A stretch of DNA of 63,143 nt, filler included, from 9 parts of 9 records of this genome joined end to end with filler, not necessarily neighbours in it; one strand, 5' to 3'. Positions 21,867-34,100 are shown, counted from the first letter of the whole stretch. Notes: generated by a model from the sequence alone, not told the origin. A program made the numbers and translations.

Positions 21867-22171
21867 TGCATCGTGATGACGTGAATGAAGTTATCAGCTT
21901 GGAACGCAGGAAGATTCTTGATAATTATGGTTGGCGGCTTCTACGGCTAGGCACGGCAGCTTCAGGTTAAGTAGCAGCCCACGCGGCACTTTTCGCCCTT
22001 GCAAAGTGGCACGTTCAATAAATCGTGGCAAAAGGTCTCCTTTTTCCCTGTGGCATCGTGCAGCACAGAGCCGCCTAGCAACAGCTCTCAGCCCCCCAGT
22101 CCGCCCCGTTGCTCGCCCGGGCTGCGGAGCACCATCATTCGGGGTCGCGGCCCAGTCACTTTACACTCTAG

Positions 22172-22271
22172 NNNNNNNNNNNNNNNNNNNNNNNNNNNNN
22201 NNNNNNNNNNNNNNNTTAATTAATTAANNNNNNNNNNNNNNNNNNNNNNNNNNNNNNNNNNNNNNNNNNNN
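22172..22271. other. Artificial contig spacer
   Basis: N44-TTAATTAATTAA-N44. Confidence 0.99.
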
Positions 22272-22487
22272 TCACCAGGATACGAGAATAAACCACTACC
22301 AATCCCCCGTCGTTATCGTGAAACACCTCGTAGCTCTTGATTTTACCCTTGGTCAACTTCGATAGTTGATACCGGATCACTCCCCCTTGGGTGGAGCTGG
22401 GACCTACGGACCCAAATCCAGTCCTGTGCACAGCAACCGGAACAAGTGTGGCGAGCTCTCTTCTCCCTCTCTGTCTACGCAGGTACG

Positions 22488-22802
22488 ATGTCCGGCGAGA
22501 ACGATGAGTACATGAAAGCGCTCGCCGTCATTGAGGAGACAGGAATCATCCGGGCGCGCGAAGTACCCGAGCTCTCGGACGATGAGAAGCTCAAGGTCAT
22601 TGAATTCGCAAAGACGCTGTGGGGCTGGTGGCGCCAACCCGCCCAGCACGGACCTGAGACGAAGACCGGAGTTTGCATCCTCTGCAAGGGCGAGTTTGTC
22701 AGGTATGGGAACAACCCAGACCCACTCTCGACAACGGGCCGCTGCTGCGACACATGCAACGGTGTGAGGGTCATTCCCGCTCGCATGGCTGCGTGGCAGT
22801 AG
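22488..22802 (+). CDS. Small zinc-finger protein, virus/phage-like (CxxC...YGNNPxP...RCCDxCN...VIPAR)
   Basis: 104-aa ORF ending CILCKGEFVRYGNNPDPLSTTGRCCDTCNGVRVIPARM. A pyrimidine tract and CAG lie immediately upstream (about 22456-22482). Confidence 0.7.
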   Translation: MSGENDEYMKALAVIEETGIIRAREVPELSDDEKLKVIEFAKTLWGWWRQPAQHGPETKTGVCILCKGEFVRYGNNPDPLSTTGRCCDTCNGVRVIPARMAAWQ

Positions 22803-23484
22803 TGAGAACTGTCGCGAGGGAGCGGAGAACTGAGACTGAACGTGTACAAGTGTACTAGGAGATTTTGCAGCTCCACACGCGAGCCCACCACCAGCAGAGG
22901 GCCAGCTTCCGCCATCCGAACCTCCTCGACGGCCTCAGCGTGGCGCCCAACCCCGTGCAGCATGCGCGCGTACGTGTCTGTGTGCCGATTTACCGTAAAT
23001 GAATCAATTTCTGCATCTACTGTATACATGCCGTCCAATCTAACTCCTCGATCCATCGATCCTACGAGTTTTAGATATCCTGCTGCAGTACCCAGATTGA
23101 GCCCTAACTAAACCCTCACAATCTGGGCACTGTGCTGTGTGCACTCTGCTGATCCCAGCGACTCATCATGCATCTCTGCCGCGGCCTGTACATACTACTA
23201 TTGATATCAATAGTAGTATATTCGAATACCGGTACAAGTATATAGAGGCACGCGTATTTGACAATGAATTGTATACATCTCTGCGCTCGTGGCCACTGAG
23301 CCCGTGCGTGGTGGCGGCGTCGATACTGCTATCCGATACTCTATCCATGTCGGAGTCCGGTTAGTTGTCGAAGCGTTACGTTGGCACGCGCAGCAGGGAG
23401 GGTGCCACGCAATCAAGGGACAAGACTTGCGCGGGTTCGATTCCTTCGCGCCCGGCGCATCGCGCGTGCACGCCGGCGCGCTCG

Positions 23485-25220
23485 ATGGCGAAGGTCGCTC
23501 CGAGCAGCGCTAGCCGACGCTGGGAGGACGGCCTCGATGAGGACGAGAAGTACGCCTTCGACACGGGCGGCTACCTTGTACTTCGTCAGCTGCTGACACC
23601 TGAGGAAGTCAGCGCGTGCAACGAGGCGATCGATGCGATGACGCAGTACGCCGAACTGGTCGGCTCCGAGTCTTACTCTGGCGGCTCGCCTCTGATGCGC
23701 GGAAGAATCCATCTGTTCAATCGGCTCGTCAGTCCGATCTTGGCTCTTGTAGAACCGAGTACAGGCGCCCTTGGTGTCGAAGCAGACGCGGTTGCTGATG
23801 CCTTGCACGCCGCCGCCGAGGCAGTGCCACAAGTGGGCCGTGGAATGATCGCACCGGAGGACCTCCGGGCAGTTCTAAACCGTTTTGAACTCGATGGGTG
23901 GAGGCTACACACAGATCAAGTCGAGGCCCTGGTTCAGACAGCTGACAAGCTCTCTCGCGAAGGATTCGAGCCCGTGGTGGGAAAGCCCTACCGCCTAGGC
24001 GAGGCAGCAAATGGACTCATCTCGCTCGGGTGCTCTAACTGGAGGATCGGCGGGCAGCTGAGCTGGCCACAGCCGTACTGCGAACCTTTCCGCGAGTTTC
24101 TCTGTCATCCACGGCTTCAACCTGTGCTCAACACTATCCTCGGTCCTGGGTATAGGCTTGACCATGGCCCTTGTGCGTCACGCTTCAGAGCTTTACTAGC
24201 AATACCTCTACTCTGGTAGTCCGTTTGTAAAAATGATGTGTGCGCAGACGTGGCCATCATGCGCGATGGATGTGATGGCCACAGTCTGCATGGTGGTGGC
24301 TACGAGCGCTTCAACGAAAGTGGTTTTACGGAGGGCTACCAAGCAAGTACTCTATCCTCCTCCAGCTCGTGCTCCTTCTTGAACTGCTCGTGCTCCTTCT
24401 TCCTCCTCCTTCCTCCTCCTCCTCCTCCGCCTCCTCTTCCTCCTCTTCCTCCACCTCCTCTTTGAGGAAGAAGATAGTACCGGTACGTAAAAGCGCCTAA
24501 TTGACATTAGAATGCGATTTCTGGTCTTCGCTGCTGTCCAGTTCCACGCGGGCCAATTTCGCACAGGCTTAACAGTCGTCGAGATCAAGCTGCACGACCA
24601 CTGCGAAGGCGATGGTGGTCTCTGTGGTGCGCGTGCGCCTGTCGTGGTCCCAGAGTCCGTTCTGTGCTCGCATTTACAGTCTGGTGCGATACAGTTGTGC
24701 CCGGGAGCCACAAAAGCAATTACCGCTGCCCGCCAGCACTGAAGAATGGCGACCGGTTCTCGGAGTATATCAAGCAAGTTGATGCGAATGCCGGAGATGT
24801 GGTCATAATGACGGAAACAACCACACATGGAACTCTCCCGTGGGTACAGCCCGCGTACGATAGGCGCTCGCTTGTCTGTAAGTGCAGCGACGACGAGCCA
24901 CCTTTCGTTTGCGTTTCGGTCCATCTGCTGACTCCTCGTTGGCGATGCAGATAAGTTCTCACCTGGCACCTCGGCATGTGCGCCACTCTGCAGAGCAGAC
25001 AAGCTGCCTGCATCCCACACGCAGCAACTATCGACTACACTGCGTTGATACCTGGGAGACATGATCGTTAATGTAATTTATGGTTAACATCATTTTCTGA
25101 TTGGTGTGCGCAGACTCCGCTGGGGTTGGTGAGACCACGTTCCCATCGTGGGTGGAGGAAATGAAACCGGGGCAAAGGGATGTTTTACAGAAGCCTTCTC
25201 TGCGCCGCGCAAACATGTGA
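23485..25220 (+). CDS. Phytanoyl-CoA dioxygenase (PhyH)-family 2OG-Fe(II) oxygenase, six exons
   Basis: Introns at 24173-24247, 24343-24541 (GC-AG), 24627-24694, 24878-24950 and 24978-25113 splice in frame to give EKYAFDTGGYLVL...DHGPYV...LHGGG...GGLCVVPGSHK...AGDVVIMTETTTHGTLPW...RRSLVYKFSPG. Confidence 0.88.
24352..24462 (+). repeat. (CCT)n-rich microsatellite / polypyrimidine tract within an intron
   Basis: cctcctcctcttcctcctcctcctcctccg... lies inside the predicted intron 24343-24541. Confidence 0.9.
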
Positions 25221-25385
25221 AGTTCGGTGAAGCAACGCTTGAAATATCATCAGTTCAATGGAATCAACAAAATCGCGTTGATCGTGCACATTCTCTGGTT
25301 CATGACTTTCTATGATAGAGCCATATTCGCGTATTCGCTGTGTCCCCGCGACTGGCTCTCTCCGAGCTGGAACGCATTGCTGCTG

Positions 25386-28064
25386 CTAGTACAGGCCGGG
25401 AACAATCTTATACGGCACAAGCGCACAGTACTTTTGCCAAGCCTTCCCGTACCTGCATTCGCAGACACAGTTTCAGATGGTGCGTTGTTGCAGAATAGAA
25501 TAGGTGCTAAACAGTGAAGGGTGTCGCAGGCAATCAGTCGTGTCGTATTGGGCTACGCACTTGACTTCACAGGCCTCGTCATCCTCGACTTGGCGCGGCA
25601 CGAAAAGCGCCACGTAATATAGCGGATAGAGCCACGGGAGTAGCGAGCCTGTCGTAAGGTAGCCAGGTAGCGCAAGCGCGACAGCCTGCATGATCTCCCC
25701 AAAGTAGTTGATGTGGCGAGACAAGCCCCACCAGCCCGAACAGAGCAGCCGTCCACCACTGCCAGGGACCGTATCACCAAGCCCACGCCAGCCTAATGAT
25801 GACGATGCAAACTCAACAAGAATCCCAGCTGGGTGAGTGGCCACGTACTCGTGCAGAGTCTCTAGTCCGCCGGTCTGAGCATCAGCAGCCTTTGAAGATT
25901 GAACACACTTGTGCCAAAACTTCTGTAAATTTGCACCGCGCGTCAAGCCCCATCCGAAGAAGAATATTGATACAATGGCAAGTGCGGTTGATTGCGATAG
26001 GTCGTCCGCAGGGTCCGTCAGATCCAGCATCGACCATACGCCGATACAATAAAAGTGCGGGTAGAAACAGAGACACCCCCAGACTAGTTTGAAACCAAGA
26101 CGCTCAGCAAATAGGTCATAGGTGAACGTGTGCACATCCTCAAAATACAGGTACTCAGTGCAGAACCAGGCAAAACAGCAGAGGTACACAGACATTGCAC
26201 GAGACAGCAGGCAACCCGAACTGTTCCCCACCGTCATCACCATGTCGCTGCCAGAGGTAGCGATGGCCGCAGCTTCCCAGCGCTGTGCGTGCAAGGCCGC
26301 GCCGCCGAGCAGGTGCAGCGTGAGCATGATGGCGCCAGCGAGGTAAAGGAACATCTTTCCATCGATCTGACCAAGAAAGCGATGCCATGACAGTCATGCT
26401 CGTGGATGTCAGGCTAGATGTCCACCCAAAAGTAGAAAGAAGATTGAACGCATACCGCAGGCAGGACAACACACCTGGCTACCAAGAAGTGACCACTGCG
26501 GATTGAATTCCCAGCCACAGTAGAAGTGCTCCGCTGCACCACGGGCAAGGAACTGTGGGCACGGAGCGGATACACTGCGTCCACTGCCACGGGTAGAGCA
26601 TCGACGGGTAGTTGAAATTGAGCCTCGGCTGTGCAACGTCGCCCCACGAGCATACAGCATCGCTGACAACGAGAAGCCGAGCGCACATGACGCACAGAGC
26701 ATGGCGTGATAACGTTCTCCTATCAGTCGCAGCGCCAAGAGCACAGGGTTCATTGGGTCGTCTGCTCGGTTTGTTAAGAGAAGCTGCAAGGTAACGGGGA
26801 GCACCACAACTATCAGAATCATCACGCGCAGACCATTGAGTCGATACAACAGCGGCCTTCCGTCTGAATCCAGTACATATCCAGAAAACTCTCGCGCTGG
26901 AACGAGACAGTGGAGTATCAAGCATGTGCCATATACTGCTGCAACCAGAAGTCCCCCAACTTGCAGCTCAGCAAACGAAGGGAATTTGTGCAACGATAGT
27001 ACCAGCGACAGGGACCCAGCTGCTGACGATACTTGCTCTACGAGGGGCACAGGTGACATGACTCGGCGCACAATTCGGTCCAGGGTGTCTGGGAGGAGTG
27101 GGCGCAGTAGTACCGATATCCCAATTTCTGAAGCGGGATAATGCACCTCCCGAGAGCGCAGCACCCCACCTTTAGCAATGGTCGTGGCACACTCATCGGC
27201 AGGCGCCCAAGCCACATTTGGTAGCGCTGGTGTCCCGTCGGGCAGAGAAGTGCCCTTCCGCGCAGACTCAGTGTTGATGGATCCGAGGACCACCGTGGTG
27301 ACCGAAACGTTACTCCCAGAATTGATCAGGTCGTGACGCAAGCTGTCGAAAAATCCGTGTAGTGCGTGCTTACTGCCAGAGTAGACAGCGACTGCCGGCA
27401 GACCCATTTTGCCTGCCATCGAAGAGACGGCGACGATCGCACCACTAGACGCTTCCAGCTCAGGCAGCGCCGCAGTGGCCAAAGCGACGTAGGAGAAGGT
27501 ATTGACATCGAAAGTTTCACGTAGAATTGCTAGCTGCTGAGTCCACTCCCCACCACCGGCAGCCAGCCAGCCTCTGCTATCGTATGCCGAGCCTGAGTTG
27601 ACGATGTGATTTAGGACTAAGATGTCCAGGCCACCGAGTTCTGCTTTCGCAGCACCGATAACCTTCGCACCGCAGCCATCAACGTCGGACAGGTCTGCCG
27701 ACAGCGTGGCGACAGTGATCGTGGCGTCCGCGCCACTGTCGCTGGGCGAGCGGCGGCGGCACTCTTCGGCCACGCGATCGAGCTTTGCTTGTGAGCGGGC
27801 GACCAGCAGGACGGACGCGCCAGCGCTGCAGTGGACGTACGCCATCTGTTCGCCGATACCCTGCGACGAGCCAGTGATGACGACGCGCTTGCCAGCGAGC
27901 CTGTCCAGGCTCGTATCGTTCAAACGCCCGATAATGAGAACTGCGATCGTGAACACTGCAGTCACCACGCCAGCGCCCCCGGTGTATCGAAACGGAGCCC
28001 CTGCAGCAGGGCTGGGCGAGCGCGAGCCTTCGCCAGTGCGGGCGCGGCTCCGACCGACCGCCAT
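25386..28064 (-). CDS. Fusion of an 11-beta-HSD-like short-chain dehydrogenase with an ERG4/ERG24-family sterol reductase, three exons
   Basis: SDR: VVITGSSQGIG, GGLDILVLNHI, YSGSKHALHGFF. Reductase: YRLNGL, EFNPQ, IDGKMFLY, YDLFAERLGFKLVWG, RGANLQK, LLCSGWWGLSRHINYFGE, KYGKAWQKYCALVPYKIVPGLY*. Introns at 26367-26474 and 25453-25560. Confidence 0.88.
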
Positions 28065-28292
28065 GACGGAGGACCCGAACCACTGGCTCCTGGATAGAGA
28101 CACGCTGGACACGTCACTGGCAGCGCGCGCCGATATTATATGTAGTCAGTCAGGCAGTCGCTCGTCACGCGGCTGTTGCAGATCGCACGCGAGAGTGTCC
28201 CTCGTGCCTGTTTCGGAGCACGCGCATGCACGCGTGCGCCGCGCGCGCGTGTTCCGCGCTCGCGCTGCTGCTGCCGGCGCTGTCTCTCTCCG

Positions 28293-29849
28293 ATGTCGGA
28301 TGACCCGTCGCTGGCGCAACTGCTGAAAAGTGTGGGCGGGCCAGGGGCGAATGCTCGGCCGCGTGGGCAGATGCGGCGGGGGCGCATCGCAACGGAGCAT
28401 GTGAAGCCGGGCAGCAGCCGGGCGCTGCAGGCGCGAGAGACAGCGATGCGCGAACGGGCGAAACTGCAGCTAGTGAAGCGCGGGGACACGTATCTCACGC
28501 CGAAGACGCGGGCGGACGCCGTTACTGGTCGGCAAAAGTTGCTCGCACGCCGTTCGCGAGGATTGGGGCATGCAGGGCCGCCCGCCAAGCACGACTATCA
28601 CCACCAGACTCGGCGGCGCACCGGGCCGAGCGGGGATCACCGCAGCATGGCGCCTCACGAATGGTTCGCTTGGCACGCAGGGCAGAGTGACCACGCCCTT
28701 GGGATGGTTGGTGGCAAGCAACCACGGTCGGTCAGCGGCACTCCGCAACGTCGTGCCGTGGCAGCAAGTATCAGCGAACCGTTTGTGTCGCCGGTGCCGG
28801 CTGGAGCTGTTGGCGAGCGACAAGCTGTGCGCCGCACCGTGACTGGCCGGCGTACAACAGGGTCACCGTGGGCGGGGACACGGGGATCGCCCACGCCGGT
28901 AGCGCTTGTTCCAGATGCGCGTGTGAGAAAAGACGGCTCTGGGCTCTCCCTGAGTGGTGGATCAGTCGAGACTAGATCCCAGAGCGCAGCGAGCTCGACG
29001 AGTCCTGAGCGTTCGGCCGCATCTGGCGAGACCTGTGAGCTGCCGTCTGAGCGGGTCACGCGACTGGCCGGAGAGCCACCAAACAAGTTCGTGGCACAGG
29101 CCCTCGACAACAGCAGCCCGCACCTCGACCTTGGTCTAGAGTCAGAGACTGGGCTGATCTCGCCGATGGGAGTGGACCTCAGCAAAAGCCAGGGATCGGC
29201 ACATAGGAGGTACCGTACGAACGGACACCGCTCTGGGTCCTTCACAACCGCGCCGACGCGCCAAGTGGTCGCGGGGCGGCCGCATGCGAACCGAACAGGT
29301 GTTGCTGAAGGACGAATGGAGCAGCACAGGCTCAACGCTGGTGTGGAGCCGAGCAGCAGCGCAGCAGAGGCATCTCAGCTAGATGCCACACCGCTGCGAA
29401 TTCTCGAGGCTGGTCTGGATGCATTGACCGAGGAGTCAAGCGCGGAGCATGGCCCTGTGAGGCCTTCAAGCTCTGCATTCACCATCAAACCAACTGACCT
29501 CGATGCAGAGCTGAAGTCGCTCTCAGCTTTAGAGCTGCAGACGAAGTGGAACAAAAAGATGACAGAGCTCGAAATCTTGGGCTGCCAAAGCAAGCAGGGA
29601 TGGACAGCCCCACGCCCTGGTTCAGGTGCGACACGCCGTCCTGATCGGCCACCGTCCGCTCCACTTGAGCGGCGCCGTCAAGCCAACGCGCAGAAAGGCA
29701 AGAAGGGAGATCTGAAGTCGAGAGGCGCGCTTCGTCCACCTTCACGGGAGGGCTCAATGCCGCAGCGTTACGAATCACCGCGTGAGGTGGTGCCTGAGTA
29801 CCGCTCACCAGCATTATTACAGCCAGAAGTGCTTCTGACGGATAAGTGA
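28293..29849 (+). CDS. Hypothetical low-complexity, basic, probably disordered protein
   Basis: About 518-aa ORF from ATG 28293, divergent from the SDR-reductase gene. No recognisable motif; may have further 3' exons. Confidence 0.55.
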   Translation: MSDDPSLAQLLKSVGGPGANARPRGQMRRGRIATEHVKPGSSRALQARETAMRERAKLQLVKRGDTYLTPKTRADAVTGRQKLLARRSRGLGHAGPPAKHDYHHQTRRRTGPSGDHRSMAPHEWFAWHAGQSDHALGMVGGKQPRSVSGTPQRRAVAASISEPFVSPVPAGAVGERQAVRRTVTGRRTTGSPWAGTRGSPTPVALVPDARVRKDGSGLSLSGGSVETRSQSAASSTSPERSAASGETCELPSERVTRLAGEPPNKFVAQALDNSSPHLDLGLESETGLISPMGVDLSKSQGSAHRRYRTNGHRSGSFTTAPTRQVVAGRPHANRTGVAEGRMEQHRLNAGVEPSSSAAEASQLDATPLRILEAGLDALTEESSAEHGPVRPSSSAFTIKPTDLDAELKSLSALELQTKWNKKMTELEILGCQSKQGWTAPRPGSGATRRPDRPPSAPLERRRQANAQKGKKGDLKSRGALRPPSREGSMPQRYESPREVVPEYRSPALLQPEVLLTDK

Positions 29850-30247
29850 AGACCAACTTGTGGCAGGGCTAATGTATCCAATGGAGTGACTTGGCCGGCA
29901 ACACCGCACTCTGTACGTGCTCACTTGCATGAGCGCTGCACTTGTGCTCCGCTCCCTCACGCAATCGTCGAATCAAGCCATCACGTTACAGACCACAGTC
30001 AGGCACCTTCCCTCTAGCTCAACAACGATTGTCGCACAACAACATACGTTGAAGGAGTTTCCGAAGGCGTATTGTCCACTTGATCGAGTCCACTTGATCG
30101 AGTTCTAGCTCGAGTCGTGCTACCAAGCATCCATCGCTACAAGTGCGGCGCTCAGTTTCTGGGCGGCCTATCGAGTGTAACACTGTTGGAAAAACATCGT
30201 TTTCAACCTGTTGTGCGGTTTTCAGTGGCGTTTCATTTTCACTACCG

Positions 30248-30803
30248 CTATGACTGCACGTTCTCATCACTGTGTTCTGCTTCTTCGGACTCGTAGAGTC
30301 GCTCGCCGACTCGGACTCGCTCATAAAGTTTCATAACGTTGCTGCATGCGTGTCGCAACGCCCTCACTTGACCCGCTTGATACCACATTACTCGAGACAG
30401 CAGCTCCTGATCAAAGGCAGAGGGCGTCGCCAGTGCTGGTGGCACGGTGCGATGTCTTTTCGAAGGCCGTGGGTGCACAGAGCTTTGCTGGTCATCGTGC
30501 CGCTCGTGATCCAGTTTAGAGCTACAATCAAGAGCCAAAAGCCGCTCCAACGCCGCGTGCAGCTTTGCGTGTAACGCTTGAAGTTGGATCGAGGTGAGAC
30601 CTGGTTCGTCATCTGCGTCGCGCAACCCGATGACACCAAGGGCTGCGAGTACAAATGGCAAACCGCCCGATGCGTTATTCGATGCCCAGCTGGACCCGTC
30701 GTCCTCCTCCTCTTCACCAGCGTCATCGTCTGCCTCCCCACCTTGTTGTTCTCCTACTACTACCTCCTCAATCTCTTCCTCCTCCTCCTCCTCCTCTTCC
30801 TCT
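30248..30803 (-). CDS. 3' portion of a hypothetical protein (acidic tract, helical C-terminus); 5' end lost at the contig break
   Basis: The frame is open from the gap (poly-Glu from GAG repeats) to the stop at 30248. Confidence 0.5.
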
Positions 30804-30903
30804 NNNNNNNNNNNNNNNNNNNNNNNNNNNNNNNNNNNNNNNNNNNNTTAATTAATTAANNNNNNNNNNNNNNNNNNNNNNNNNNNNNNNNNNNNNNNNN
30901 NNN
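30804..30903. other. Artificial contig spacer
   Basis: N44-TTAATTAATTAA-N44. Confidence 0.99.
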
Positions 30904-30931
30904 AGAGAGAGAGAGAGAGAGAGAGAGAGAG
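30904..30931 (+). repeat. (AG)n microsatellite at the contig start
   Basis: agagagagag... immediately after the gap. Confidence 0.95.
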
Positions 30932-31119
30932 CTCCTCAGAGAGCACTCCGCCAGTACTTCCGCTCCTTTAGCACTCATTTGGCATCGCACAGTGCCGAAG
31001 TACTGAGCTGGTTGTCAGTCAGTCCGGACTGGGATGGCGGGGCTACTAATACTCTCCTTAGCATTTTTTCAGCTTGAGAGTGTGTTGCGGGGCGCTTGCT
31101 CTTACCAGTCTTCTTGCAG

Positions 31120-34100
31120 TCACTGGATCAACGAGGGTTGTTGTTGGTCGGAGCAGGGACCGGCTTCAGTGCACTGAAGACGAAAAAGTGGCAGCGGCGA
31201 TACTTCAGGCTGGCAGAGGGCATGCTGCGCTGGGCGCACAGCCCGGAGACGATCGACGACGAGTCCCCTGCGCAGGTGTCGCTAGGCGGTGCGCGGATTG
31301 TGCACGTCGGTGAGTCGCTGGAGTTCAAGCTCATCCCGTCGAGGGACGTAGAGCGGGCCAGCGCGAAGGTCCGCGCGGAGTACGAGCTGCGAGCTACGAA
31401 CGCATACGCGGCGTCTCGCTGGAGCAACCTGATCGACCGCTCCATCCAGCAGCTGCAGTGGCGCGCGGACATTGAGTCTTCGGGGGTGTTCTCCAACCGC
31501 AAACCGGATGCAGTGGACATGACGATCGGCACGCCTGTTAGACCATTTCCTCTCGATGCCAACTCAAGCGTTGCAAGCCTCGCCAGCGTGGCGAGCACTG
31601 ATGATCTAAGAACACCCGGCTCGTCCCGGCCGCCCGACTCCCCAGGCTCAGCGGCCGCTAGCGTGCATGCGCGTGCCGCTGTTGCGGCTGCTCAGGTCCA
31701 TCCATCCTCGCCACTTCCTGCAGACTCTGAGCCCGACGGGGCTGGTCTGACGAGACGTCTTGCCGCCGGTGAAACCGAGCCGATCTGTGCTGTGGCCGGC
31801 AAGCTGCAGGCGTACGAGAATTCCAAGTACTTATCCGCCGCCACATCATTTGACCTCCTTGATGTCGAGAGGAGAATGTTGAAGGCGGCCGACGTGCACG
31901 AAAGAAAAGGATATTTGGGCAGGCAGTACTTCCGGCGGCTGTTTCTGTTCAATGACTCGCTCCTCGTCGTGAGACCGTACTCGGATGACATGTACCAGTT
32001 CCAGTCACTTTTTTCGCTGGAGGAAATCACGTTGGCACACACAAGTGACGAGCAACATCTGGAGGTGGGACGCACGGCTGCGTCCGGCGAGCAAGAGCAG
32101 TGGCACCTATTCTTTGAGTCCGCAGCAGCAGCTGATGAGTGGTATACGACGATAACCAGCGTGGCTCGACGGCGGAGATGTAGCTCCAGAATGTCTGCTC
32201 CGCCGCCAACTCCTGGCTCAAGCCAGGAGCTGGTTGCCAGGACAATCGAATTCGACCAGGACGAAGATGAGACGTGCAGAGTAATATCAGGAAACCTTGA
32301 GCTGCTGGTTCAGGGCTCAGACCAATGGCACAAAGTTTTCGCCCACGCCAGGAACGGTCACCTGCATTTCTATAGCGACTCCAGCAAATGCCCTTTCCCG
32401 ACCGCAGCTGTCGATGCTCCCCCCGCGTCGCCGATTAGTGCTCTTTCACAACGGCAGTCTGACGAGTTGACTCTAGAGGAGCGGCTCCAGCAGCAAGGTT
32501 TGTCAGCGGCATTTGTTGCTGCAATCTGTGGCACGGTCACGCTTGAGGACATAAGAATTTATTGCGAGGACACTGAGTACTGGGAACAGCTAAGGCTTGT
32601 TGACCCACTGAGTTCGAATCTGAGCGGTATGGATGAAGAGTGGAGTGCATTTGCAGCATCATTTGATGCAATCCTAACTGCGGAGCCCGCACCTCTGGAA
32701 CCACTCGCGTCCCCGACTCACACCAGGCAGGCGTCAAGTCACGCTCTGCTCAAGCTCGGAGCGACCTTATCCAGCATGGGACTCGAGCAGCAATCGAGCG
32801 CGGTAGTCGAGTGTGTGCTCCGTGACGACCCCGAAGACCCGATGGCACTGCAGATTCGCGACGAGCTAGCTGCACGCGGGCATCCGGTGGTGCTCTCCAT
32901 AAATCTGGGAGAGCTGATTGGACTTGAGATGATCGAGTTCTCGCTTGCAGTCGCTCACGATCAGCAGATTACGATTCGACACGAAGAGCTGGGAGTATTC
33001 AGGCTGAAACCAACCTCAGGAAGTCTTGACCAGTGGTACATACAGCTGCAGCAGATATGGCTGGAGTTTGTAGCTCTACTTGGCACACCCAAATATGAGC
33101 ACTGGGTGACGATGTCGCAAACAACATCAAAGCTAGTGCTTGCATACAAAGAGAGCGCTGAGCTTGTCGGCTCGTGCACTCCAGGGGCGAAACATGACAA
33201 GCAAGTGGCATCTGAACGGTCCAGATGTGTGGAAGAAAAGTTTCAAGCGGCGTTTCGACGAGTAGATCCTAGACAGGACGCAACTAGGTGGCGCAAGTGG
33301 ATCGCCACTAAACCACAGGCGGCCATCAAGCAGGCAGACAATTTGATGGAGGACCTTGCTCTTGGGATGGCGCAAGCTGGTAGGAATTTAGAGATTATTG
33401 AGTGGTATGCAACTGAGTTCTACAAACGATTTCATCAGATGTTGCGTGCATTTGGTATGGGCGTCGGAGAGGACCGGCGTACGAGATCGTGCGAATCGGT
33501 CGAATCAGAAGAAGCTGGCCTGGACTGTTCGGTTGCTAGCTCGGTAGCTCTGGACGAACTACAGACAGCAGATGCAATGGCGATTATTGGCTGGTGCCGG
33601 CGATTCAAACAGCGATGTGTTGGGATGCGCATCCCGGACGGGTTGTTTGAAGAGGATCCAACGGACAGTGGGCTCTTCCGCGGGCTTGTAAATGCACACA
33701 TGCCCTCTTACCAAGGTTTTCTCAAGAAGAAAGGTGGGTATCACAGCGGCGGTGCTGTAAAAAGCATGGGCCTCAATGGGTGGCAGAAGCGATACTTTTG
33801 CCTGCAAAACGCAACTCTACGCTACTACAAGACGAAGCAGATGCTCGGTGAACGCGGCAGTATACCCGCAGAGGAAATCACAGATCTTACAATGAACGAT
33901 CAGACCATCAGAATTACTGAGTCTGGGCGGGTGCTGGAGTTGTACGCTCCTTCACCTGAAGAGGCGAGTGTGTGGTGTGATCGCTTGACCAAAGCGCGTG
34001 CAGCAGCTCAGGCGATGGAAGAGTTGTCGAGTGCATCCACTACATGCATCGAGGTACAGGCATTCGACGGCCAACAGCAAGTGGTAGCACATTCCATTGC

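Noticed and set aside
22850-22975. Minus-strand coding-like fragment (YARMLHGVGRHAEAVEEV...VGSRVELQNL)
   Set aside because: No credible start, stop or splice model; at most a gene relic.
25453-26474. Two introns of identical length (108 nt) in one gene, suggesting introner elements
   Set aside because: I see no sequence similarity between them or among the other introns; this is probably coincidence.
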